A model generated the notes under the pieces. That model saw nothing but the letters and a program-made list of their open reading frames with translations. It had not been told where the DNA came from and did not search any database. Position numbers and translations under genes: made by a program. Of a stretch of DNA of 18,858 nt, positions 1 through 6,534 are shown in pieces; the stretch's first letter is position 1, and each line of letters begins with the position of its first letter. This DNA comes from Thermoanaerobaculales bacterium (GTDB lineage: Bacteria; Acidobacteriota; Thermoanaerobaculia; Thermoanaerobaculales; Sulfomarinibacteraceae): assembly GCA_029287235.1 (NCBI GenBank), contig JARFRM010000094.1, positions 1 to 18,858 on the forward strand. Direction: 5' to 3'.

Positions 1-312
1 GAGGGCTTCACCAACACCGAATCCAGACCGAGCCCCGAACAGGTCCGGGCCGCCCTCCGGCCCTTTGCGCGCTTTTTTGTTCCGCTTCGCGTGGAGTACC
101 TCGGCGATCGAATGATCACCTATATGGGTCAACGCGACGTCGTGTACCAGGCCCGCGTCAACATGCGTCTCGTGGACCTCGAGTCGGGCCGACCCATGGC
201 CAAACCGGTCACCGTCAAGGTCGAGTACACCCAGCTCAACGCCGAAGAGGTGGTCGGCAGGGAACTCCGGAAAGCCACGACAGGCCTCGTGCAAAGACTC
301 CCGCGGGAGTGA
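1..312 (+). CDS. hypothetical protein, 5'-truncated (C-terminal ~103 aa in window)
   Basis: Frame 1 is open from base 1 to TGA at 310-312. The track shows only the part from an internal GTG at 91. The stop lies 14 nt before the next gene's ATG, suggesting co-transcription. No recognisable motif. Confidence 0.45.
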   Translation, partial: EGFTNTESRPSPEQVRAALRPFARFFVPLRVEYLGDRMITYMGQRDVVYQARVNMRLVDLESGRPMAKPVTVKVEYTQLNAEEVVGRELRKATTGLVQRLPRE

Positions 313-326
313 TCGGGAGACCCACC

Positions 327-1145
327 ATGTTCCGTGGATTGGCAATCACCTTGACGATCCTCGCGCTGCAGTGCTCGGCGGAGGAAGCTCCCGCTCCCGC
401 GCTGGCCCTGACGGGCGAAGCGGCCGAGACTTTTCTCCGGGAGGCCACAGTCGTGAGCCTCGACGAGTACCCCAACCGGGGCGTCACCAAACCCCGAAAA
501 GCGACCCTCACCGACGGGAAGCTCACCCTGTCGGCGGTCTTCAAGGACATCGATGAGATCCACCCCAAGATCAAGGCCGCCGATGGACGCATGCTCCTCT
601 ACCTCAAGGACTGCTACGGGCACGAGATCGCCGCCTACGAGCTCGACAAACTCCTCGGGCTCGGAATCGTTCCACCCACCGTCGAGCGAAAGATCGGACG
701 CGAATGGGGATCCCTCCAGATGTGGGTCAACGGAGCGATGACCGAGTGGGAGCGAAAGAAGAAAGAGAACCTGTCCCCACCAGATATGAGGGCGTGGAAC
801 AACCAGATCTCCACGCTCAAGGTCTTTCTCCAGTTGATCTGGGACACGGATTACAACAACATCTCGAACATCCTGGTCGACGAGAGCTGGCACATCTGGA
901 AGATCGACGCGTCACGGACCTTTCGCATGGATTCACATCTCAGACGCGAGGACGCGCTGACGAGATTCTCCCGGCCGTTCCTTGCATCGCTGACAGACCT
1001 CGACCGCGGCGAGTTGGAGAAGGTGATGAAGCCGTGGATCAACAAGAAACAGATCAAGACCCTGTGGCAGCGACGAACCCGTATTCTCGAGCTCGCCGAA
1101 GAACGAACCACCGAGTTCGGTGCGGCCGTCGTACTCTACGACTGA
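327..1145 (+). CDS. exported protein with type II phosphatidylinositol 4-kinase-like (PI3K/PI4K catalytic fold) domain
   Basis: ATG at 327 preceded by GGGAGA (315-320). The track ORF starts at GTG 309, but ATG 327 has the better SD. N-terminal hydrophobic signal peptide MFRGLAITLTILALQCSAEEA. The motifs GHEIAAYELDKLLGLGIVPPTV, GSLQMWVNG and DTDYNNISNILVD...IWKIDASRTF line up with the PI4KII blocks EAGAYLVDxKLxLxIVPxT, GSFQLFVEG and DRGNDNWLV...IAAIDNGLAF, as far as I can recall them. Confidence 0.75.
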   Translation: MFRGLAITLTILALQCSAEEAPAPALALTGEAAETFLREATVVSLDEYPNRGVTKPRKATLTDGKLTLSAVFKDIDEIHPKIKAADGRMLLYLKDCYGHEIAAYELDKLLGLGIVPPTVERKIGREWGSLQMWVNGAMTEWERKKKENLSPPDMRAWNNQISTLKVFLQLIWDTDYNNISNILVDESWHIWKIDASRTFRMDSHLRREDALTRFSRPFLASLTDLDRGELEKVMKPWINKKQIKTLWQRRTRILELAEERTTEFGAAVVLYD

Positions 1146-1356
1146 CCGCGTTGCAGCGCGCCTCGCCACGGTTCCGGATAGAGCCAACCGAAGAAGAGTC
1201 GTGACAGATCCGGCATGATGAACCAGGTCATGAGCGGAATTCTCAGGATCAGCGATGCCCCCAGCCTCAACGCCATGGGCGAGTCGTGACCTGACACGGA
1301 TAATGGAGTCCTTCGGTACTCATTGCTCACCCCGAATCGACGCTGCCCACTCGACG

Positions 1357-2049
1357 TCAGTCGTCGCGGCCGCCGAGCAACCCGGATCTGAAGAGGAAAT
1401 AGAGGAGGGTCATGAGGGTCGAAACGGCAGCCGCAACATAGGTCAGAGCCGCCGCGTTGAGGACCCGGTCGACACCGTCCCGCTCGGGGCCTGAGATGAT
1501 GCCGTGCTCGACCAGCAGGACCTTGGCCCTCCTCGACGCGTCGAACTCCACCGGCAGGGTCACCACCTGGAAGAGCAGCACCGCCGAGAAAAGCACGGCG
1601 CCGACGAGCACCATGTTCGTCGAGGACAGGAAGAGGCCCCCGAGCATGACCAGATAGCCGAGACTCGAACCGATCTTGGCGGTGGGCACCAGCATCGACC
1701 TCAGACCGAGCGGTTTGTAGTGTTCGGCGTGTTGGATGGCATGGCCGGCCTCGTGCGCCGCCACTCCGACCGCAGCAACCGACCTCGAGTCAAAGACGCC
1801 CTCGGACAGGTTGAGTGTTCGATTGACGGGGTTGTAGTGATCGGTGAGCATCCCCTGGGCGCGCAGGATCTTGACCTCATGAAGCCCGGCCGATCCGAGC
1901 AACCTCGAGGCGGCCTCGGCACCGGTCTGGCCGTTGGCGGTGGGCACGCGAGAGTATTTCTTGAACGCCGACTTGGTTTTGAAGCTCGCCCACATGGACA
2001 GCAACAGCGCCGGAATGATGAAGACGAAGTACACGGGATCGAAATACAT
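1357..2049 (-). CDS. YugP-like putative neutral zinc metallopeptidase (membrane)
   Basis: Start chosen at the ATG (2049..2047) preceded by GGAGGA, because the longer track ORF (to 2184) runs into the AT-rich promoter region. N-terminal TM helix, HEAGHAIQH (HExxH) motif, and two C-terminal TM helices typical of the Zn_peptidase_2 family. Confidence 0.8.
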   Translation of the reverse strand: MYFDPVYFVFIIPALLLSMWASFKTKSAFKKYSRVPTANGQTGAEAASRLLGSAGLHEVKILRAQGMLTDHYNPVNRTLNLSEGVFDSRSVAAVGVAAHEAGHAIQHAEHYKPLGLRSMLVPTAKIGSSLGYLVMLGGLFLSSTNMVLVGAVLFSAVLLFQVVTLPVEFDASRRAKVLLVEHGIISGPERDGVDRVLNAAALTYVAAAVSTLMTLLYFLFRSGLLGGRDD

Positions 2050-2134
2050 GGTTTCCTCCGGGCGACCGAGGTGAATCGGCGCCTCACACTTATCCATATA
2101 ACACACTCGATAGCGGAAATCTTCTCGATTGCCC

Positions 2135-2164
2135 TTGACAATCTGATTTTCAGATTGTATTAAT
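2135..2164 (+). promoter_or_regulatory. sigma70-type promoter (-35 TTGACA 2135-2140, 17-bp spacer, -10 TATTAAT 2158-2164) with 21-bp perfect palindrome ACAATCTGAtttTCAGATTGT (2138-2158) occupying the spacer
   Basis: Read directly in the AT-rich divergent intergenic region. The palindrome half-site TGACAAT recurs at 2171-2177. Placed 55-80 bp upstream of the gntR-family gene, it is a typical autoregulatory operator position. Confidence 0.6.
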
Positions 2165-2216
2165 ATACTATGACAATAATACATCCATACAATCGGCCGG
2201 CCATGGGAGAACTGAA

Positions 2217-2594
2217 TTGACCATCCAGCTCCAGATTGACCCCAAGAGCGGGGTTCCCTTCTATCGCCAGATCATCGACCAGGTGAAGGCGGCCATCGTC
2301 ACAGGTTCCATCGAACCGGGCGACCGGCTTCCGACCGTGCGGCAGCTCGCGGTGGATCTTTCTGTCAATCCCAACACGGTCAGTCGCGCCTACACCGAGC
2401 TCGAACTCACCGGTCTTGTCGAGACCCAGATGGGTTCGGGGACCTTTGTCGGCCAGCAGCAGGTCGAAGGCGACCAGATCGAGCGTCGGCGACTGCTGGA
2501 GCAACTCTGCCAGGACTTCCTGTCTCGAGCCTCGAATCACGGATTCACCCTTGACGATGTCGTCAAAACCCTCGAGCAGCGCCGACGGCGCTGA
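2217..2594 (+). CDS. GntR-family transcriptional regulator, short YtrA-like subtype (125 aa)
   Basis: TTG start at 2217 with GGGAGA 6 nt upstream. Winged-HTH signature ...YRQIIDQVKAAIVTGSIEPGDRLPTVRQLAVDLSVNPNTVSRAYTELELTGLVETQMGSGTFV. The short C-terminal domain fits the YtrA subfamily. Confidence 0.85.
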   Translation: MTIQLQIDPKSGVPFYRQIIDQVKAAIVTGSIEPGDRLPTVRQLAVDLSVNPNTVSRAYTELELTGLVETQMGSGTFVGQQQVEGDQIERRRLLEQLCQDFLSRASNHGFTLDDVVKTLEQRRRR

Positions 2595-2607
2595 GAAAGG
2601 ACTCACC

Positions 2608-3735
2608 ATGAACACCGGTTCTTCCTCGTCACGACTCACCGCCCTCGAGCGGTTCGCCACCTCGTTCCACGCCGATTTTCGTTTCGGTCCGCTCAACATC
2701 GTCATTCTTGTCGGGCTGTGTGTGGCCGGTCTGACCATCTACCTCGCGACGCACACCTTTGATCTGGATACCGTCATCACCATGATTTCGGTGGCGCTGG
2801 GCCTCGCCGTTCTTTTTCGAATCACCCAGATATGGGAGTCGGTGCTCATCCTGACCACCCTCGCGGCATTGGGAACCTATCTTCACCACCGACCGAACAG
2901 CGAGATTCTGGTCGCCACCGTGATCATCGCCGGCCTTTTCGCGCCCTGCGTACAGGTGGCCTATCAGTGGGAGAAGGCTGTTCTTCTGCGTTTCGGCGGT
3001 TTTCGAGGTCTCCGCGGCTCGGGGCTCTTTTTCGTCCTGCCGGTGATCGACAAGGTCGCCAACTATGTCGACCAGAGAATCAGGGTCACCGATTTCTCGG
3101 CGGAGACCACCCTGACGAGTGACACCGTCCCGGTCAATGTCGACGCCATCGCTTTCTGGATGGTATGGGACGCCGAGAAAGCCGTTCTCGAGGTGGAAAA
3201 CTTCGCCAACGCCGTGACTCTGTCGGCCCAGACCGGGCTTCGCGACTCCATCGGCAAGCACGAGCTTGGTGAAATGCTGAGCCACCGAGACCGGCTCGGT
3301 GACGAGATCCAGCAGGTTCTCGACGCCAAAACCAGCGCCTGGGGCATCACCGTCCAGTCGGTTGAGATCCGCGACATCATCATCCCCAAAGGCCTCGAAG
3401 ACGCCATGAGCCGACGCGCCCAGGCGGAACGGGAGCGCCAGTCGCGACTGATATTGTCCACCGCCGAAACCGAGATCGCAGCGAAGTTCGCCGAGGCCTC
3501 CGAGCACTACAAGAGAAACCCGGCGGCGCTCCATCTGCGGGCCATGAACATGGTTTACGAAGGCCTCAAGAACAAGGGGTCCATGATCATCGTGCCCTCG
3601 ACCGCGGTCGAGACCATGGGTCTCGGCGCAATGGGCGGACTGACGGCCTTCGACCGGATCCTCGGTGAGAACGCCGATGCGGAGGAGGCGGACTCGGACA
3701 TTCAGCCGAACGCGGAGAACACGACAACGATATGA
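2608..3735 (+). CDS. SPFH/band-7 (stomatin/slipin-like) membrane protein
   Basis: ATG 2608 with GAAAGGA SD, 13 nt after the gntR stop. About four N-terminal TM helices are followed by an SPFH domain (LRFGGFRGLRGSGLFFVLPVIDKV...VDAIAFWMVWDAEKAV...) and a coiled-coil ERERQSRL segment. The longer track ORF from 2416 overlaps gntR out of frame and is rejected. Confidence 0.85.
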   Translation: MNTGSSSSRLTALERFATSFHADFRFGPLNIVILVGLCVAGLTIYLATHTFDLDTVITMISVALGLAVLFRITQIWESVLILTTLAALGTYLHHRPNSEILVATVIIAGLFAPCVQVAYQWEKAVLLRFGGFRGLRGSGLFFVLPVIDKVANYVDQRIRVTDFSAETTLTSDTVPVNVDAIAFWMVWDAEKAVLEVENFANAVTLSAQTGLRDSIGKHELGEMLSHRDRLGDEIQQVLDAKTSAWGITVQSVEIRDIIIPKGLEDAMSRRAQAERERQSRLILSTAETEIAAKFAEASEHYKRNPAALHLRAMNMVYEGLKNKGSMIIVPSTAVETMGLGAMGGLTAFDRILGENADAEEADSDIQPNAENTTTI

Positions 3736-3805
3736 ATGCCGAATAAACCCTGGGCCGGAATCGGAACTTCGCGGTATCATCGCCGAGTTCGGTACAGGAG
3801 GCTCG

Positions 3806-5077
3806 ATGTCATCCCACCGCCCCGTCGGTATTCGTTGGTTTCTCATCTCCGGGTTGCTCACCCTGAGTTGCGCTGTGGTGGCCGCCCTGATCGCCGCCCG
3901 CTTCGCACCCTGGGAGCTCGTCGCCGGCAACATGATCATCCGCACCCAGCGCGGGATGACCCACACTTTTCCCACGCCCGAGAGCGGTCACCTGATCAAC
4001 ATCGACAACCGCACGAATTTCGAGCTCTCCGAGGCGCCACAGCCACGGAACGTCATCCTCATGATCGGCGACGGGATGGGAGTCGGCCAGGTAAGCGCGG
4101 CTTCCGCGATTCTTCATGGACCCGCCGGTGGACTCGCCGTCGAGTCAGCCCCGATCACCGGGCTGGTCCGCACCTATGCAGGAAACGATCTCGCCACCGA
4201 CTCGGCCGCTGCGGCCACGGCGATGGCGACGGGGTTCAAGGCTCCGAAGACGGCGATCTCCATCCTCGCCGACGGCCGGAGTCCGCGGACGCTCATGGAG
4301 GCGCTGAAGGCTGTCGGCATCAGGACCGGGATCGTCACGACATCCGGCCTCGCCGATGCCACTCCCGCGGGCTTTCTCGTCCACGCCGACGACCGATACC
4401 AGTATGCCGACATCTTCTCGTCGATCCTCGCAACCAGACACGATGTCCTGATCGGCGGAAATTGGATCCGCCACCACAAGGCCAAACACGACCGGGAGTA
4501 TCTGGACCTCGTTGATCGGGTCGATGAGCTCGGACCCTTGGCCGGTTACAGCGTGATCCACAGCGAAAACGATCTCGCACACGCACAGACTCCGGTCCTC
4601 GGCCTCTTCCCGCCTCGTGGCGACTCCACTGACGACCACGGACCCGATCTGACCATTACAACGCAATTCACACTGGAATCTTTGGCGAGAGACGATGTCG
4701 GCTTTTTCGCCATCATCGAGTCCGAGGTCACCGACAGTCGCGGCCACATGAACAGCATTGCCGGTGTCGTCGACGCCGTTCGCGAGTTTGACGCATCGGT
4801 GGCTCTGGCAGTCGAGTGGGCCGAAACTCGCGGCGACACCCTCGTGCTGGTCACCGCCGACCACGACACCGGTGGCCTCGGGATCATCGACGGTGACTAC
4901 GACGACGGTGTCGGAGAAGTGCGTTGGGGCACGGAGGTCCACACGGCACAGTGGGTTCCCCTCTTCGCATTCGGGCCCGGCGCCGAACATTTCAGCGGTG
5001 TGATCGACAACACAGACATCGGCATCCTCATTGCCAAGCTCCTTGGAATCGAAGACTTCCCCGACCTTGAACCTTGA
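3806..5077 (+). CDS. alkaline phosphatase (PhoA family), N-terminally membrane-anchored/secreted
   Basis: ATG 3806 with AGGAGG 4 nt upstream. N-terminal hydrophobic segment WFLISGLLTLSCAVVAALIAA. PhoA metal-site and active-site motifs NVILMIGDGMGVGQ and ATDSAAAATAMATGFK (nucleophilic Ser in DSAA), plus a C-terminal TADHDTGG-type block. Confidence 0.85.
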   Translation: MSSHRPVGIRWFLISGLLTLSCAVVAALIAARFAPWELVAGNMIIRTQRGMTHTFPTPESGHLINIDNRTNFELSEAPQPRNVILMIGDGMGVGQVSAASAILHGPAGGLAVESAPITGLVRTYAGNDLATDSAAAATAMATGFKAPKTAISILADGRSPRTLMEALKAVGIRTGIVTTSGLADATPAGFLVHADDRYQYADIFSSILATRHDVLIGGNWIRHHKAKHDREYLDLVDRVDELGPLAGYSVIHSENDLAHAQTPVLGLFPPRGDSTDDHGPDLTITTQFTLESLARDDVGFFAIIESEVTDSRGHMNSIAGVVDAVREFDASVALAVEWAETRGDTLVLVTADHDTGGLGIIDGDYDDGVGEVRWGTEVHTAQWVPLFAFGPGAEHFSGVIDNTDIGILIAKLLGIEDFPDLEP

Positions 5078-5159
5078 AATCGCCGCCCGGGGGTGTTAAG
5101 GTCCCGTCCCGATCGAGCGTCGACAACCGACGACCGCAATCACCCGAAAGGACCGAGTC

Positions 5160-5363
5160 ATGAATCTCGCCGCAGGCCTCAAAAGGCTGATGTTGGGGCC
5201 GGAAGAAAAGCCCATTCCCAACCTCAATCGGAACGATCGCTGTTGGTGCAACAGCGGTAAGAAGTACAAAGCGTGCCACCAGGCCACCGACGACCGCAAA
5301 CGCGCAGCCCAGCGGGCCGCGTCCGCCAAGCAGCAGGGTGGAAGCCTCAAGCGCGGATTCTGA
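5160..5363 (+). CDS. small SEC-C motif (SecA C-terminal-like metal-binding) domain protein
   Basis: AAAGGA SD then ATG. CWCNSGKKYKACH is the canonical SEC-C Cys/His zinc-knuckle. 67 aa, basic C-terminus. Confidence 0.6.
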   Translation: MNLAAGLKRLMLGPEEKPIPNLNRNDRCWCNSGKKYKACHQATDDRKRAAQRAASAKQQGGSLKRGF

Positions 5364-5442
5364 TCGCCCCCCCCGGGCCACCAATTCACAAACTCGGACT
5401 AGATTCAACGGATCGGGTGTTGCACCTCACAGGAGCATCACC

Positions 5443-6414
5443 ATGGCCGAAATCGATGTCTTGAACCAGTTTCCACACAATCACGCGGTCGGTGAGATTG
5501 ATGAGGTCCTGCCCGTGGTCGTGGACCAACTCCACGCCCAACGCGACACCCTCGCAACACCTCTGCGACGAACCTTTCGCGGTCATCCGCTGCCCTCACG
5601 CTCGGAGATCTTCAAGGTCGTCGAGCTTCTCCGTTCGGTAATCTTCCCCGGTTACTTCGGGAACCGGGACGTCACCGACGAGAGCCTGAGCTACCACATG
5701 GGCGCCACTCTCCATCGGGTGTCGTTGGTGATGGTGGACGAGGTCCACCGAGGCCTGTGTTTCGCCTGCAGACGGGACGACACCGATCGAACCCCCGCCG
5801 CATGTCTTTCGCGGGCGAAACGGATCACCGCCGAGTTCCTCCGATGTCTGCCCGAGATCCGGAGGCTGCTCGCCCTCGACGCGGTGGCAGCCTACGAGGG
5901 CGACCCGGCGGCGCCTGATCCCTCCGAGGCCATCTTCTGCTACCCCGGCGTTCTCGCCCTGACCAGCCACCGCATCGCTCACGAACTGTACCGGCTCGAG
6001 GTGCCTCTGATTCCGCGGATCATCTCCGAGCACGCCCACTCCGAAACCGGGATCGACATCCATCCGGGCGCCACCATCGGCGAGAGCATTTTCATCGACC
6101 ACGGCACCGGCGTGGTCGTCGGCGAGACCACTGTCATCGGTGACCGGGTACGTCTCTATCAAGGTGTGACGCTGGGGGCAAAGAGCTTCCCCCTCAACGA
6201 AGAGGGCAACCCCATCAAAGGGATCGACCGCCACCCTACCATCGAGGATGAGGTCACCATCTACTCGGGTGCGACCATCCTCGGCCGAGTCACCATCGGC
6301 CGGGGCTCGATCATCGGCGGCAACGTGTGGCTGACCAGGGACGTGCCACCCGGAAGCCGGATCTCTCAGGGCCGACCGAGGACAGCGGCGTTCGAAAACG
6401 GCGGGGGGATCTGA
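5443..6414 (+). CDS. cysE: serine O-acetyltransferase (long N-terminal-domain form)
   Basis: ATG 5443 with AGGAG 7 nt upstream. Left-handed beta-helix hexapeptide core GIDIHPGATIGESIFIDHGTGVVVGETTVIGDRVRLYQGVTLG and DRHPTIEDEVTIYSGATILGRVTIGRGSIIGGNVWLTRDVPPGS closely parallel E. coli CysE blocks. The track ORF start at 5338 overlaps the SEC-C gene and lacks an SD. Confidence 0.8.
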   Translation: MAEIDVLNQFPHNHAVGEIDEVLPVVVDQLHAQRDTLATPLRRTFRGHPLPSRSEIFKVVELLRSVIFPGYFGNRDVTDESLSYHMGATLHRVSLVMVDEVHRGLCFACRRDDTDRTPAACLSRAKRITAEFLRCLPEIRRLLALDAVAAYEGDPAAPDPSEAIFCYPGVLALTSHRIAHELYRLEVPLIPRIISEHAHSETGIDIHPGATIGESIFIDHGTGVVVGETTVIGDRVRLYQGVTLGAKSFPLNEEGNPIKGIDRHPTIEDEVTIYSGATILGRVTIGRGSIIGGNVWLTRDVPPGSRISQGRPRTAAFENGGGI

Positions 6415-6514
6415 TTGATCGAAGAGTGCTTTTTTCGTCGTGAATGTCAAATGTTGTAACACTTCTGCCCCGGCAGCTGTGAAACATACTTTCGCGATTG
6501 ATTCTCAAGAACAG

Positions 6515-6527
6515 TTTCGCCGCGAAA
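6515..6527 (+). promoter_or_regulatory. 13-bp palindrome TTTCGC-C-GCGAAA ending 8 nt before the ATG at 6535; a third TTTCGCG half-site at 6490-6496
   Basis: Seen directly. It overlaps the expected RBS position of the PP2C phosphatase gene inside a locally AT-rich leader (6415-6534). Confidence 0.4.
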
Positions 6528-6534
6528 GCGTATC

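Noticed and set aside
1136-1330. 64-aa ORF (GTG start) on the - strand in the 211-bp convergent gap, with one hydrophobic stretch (LILRIPLMTWFIMP)
   Set aside because: No SD, GTG start, overlaps the 3' end of the + strand gene by 10 nt, and no recognisable motif. It could be a small membrane protein, but the evidence is insufficient.
2416-2607. Longer SPFH start from the track ORF at 2416, and a longer hmgA start (GTG 18348), S9 start (12164), tri-domain start (GTG 15682), cysE start (5338) and FMN reductase start (15756)
   Set aside because: Each extended start lacks an SD and overlaps the neighbouring gene or promoter. The internal ATG preceded by AGGAGG/GGAGA-type SDs gives sensible signal peptides or conserved N-termini.
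2629-3975. 448-aa ORF antisense to the SPFH gene. Similar long antisense or out-of-frame ORFs occur at 129-893(-), 3736-4515(+), 4145-4990(-), 5596-6462(-), 13115-14389(+), 14471-15598(+), 15156-15719(-) and 16247-16843(-).
   Set aside because: In a ~65 % GC sequence, stop codons are rare in off-frames. These translations are Arg/Gly/Pro/Asp-rich low-complexity strings without motifs or SD-linked starts, and each overlaps a sense-strand gene that has clear family signatures.
6411-6440. T6 run (6430-6435) after the cysE stop that could mark an intrinsic terminator
   Set aside because: The preceding sequence offers only a 4-bp GATC stem or an A-U-rich pairing. It is not a convincing GC-rich hairpin.
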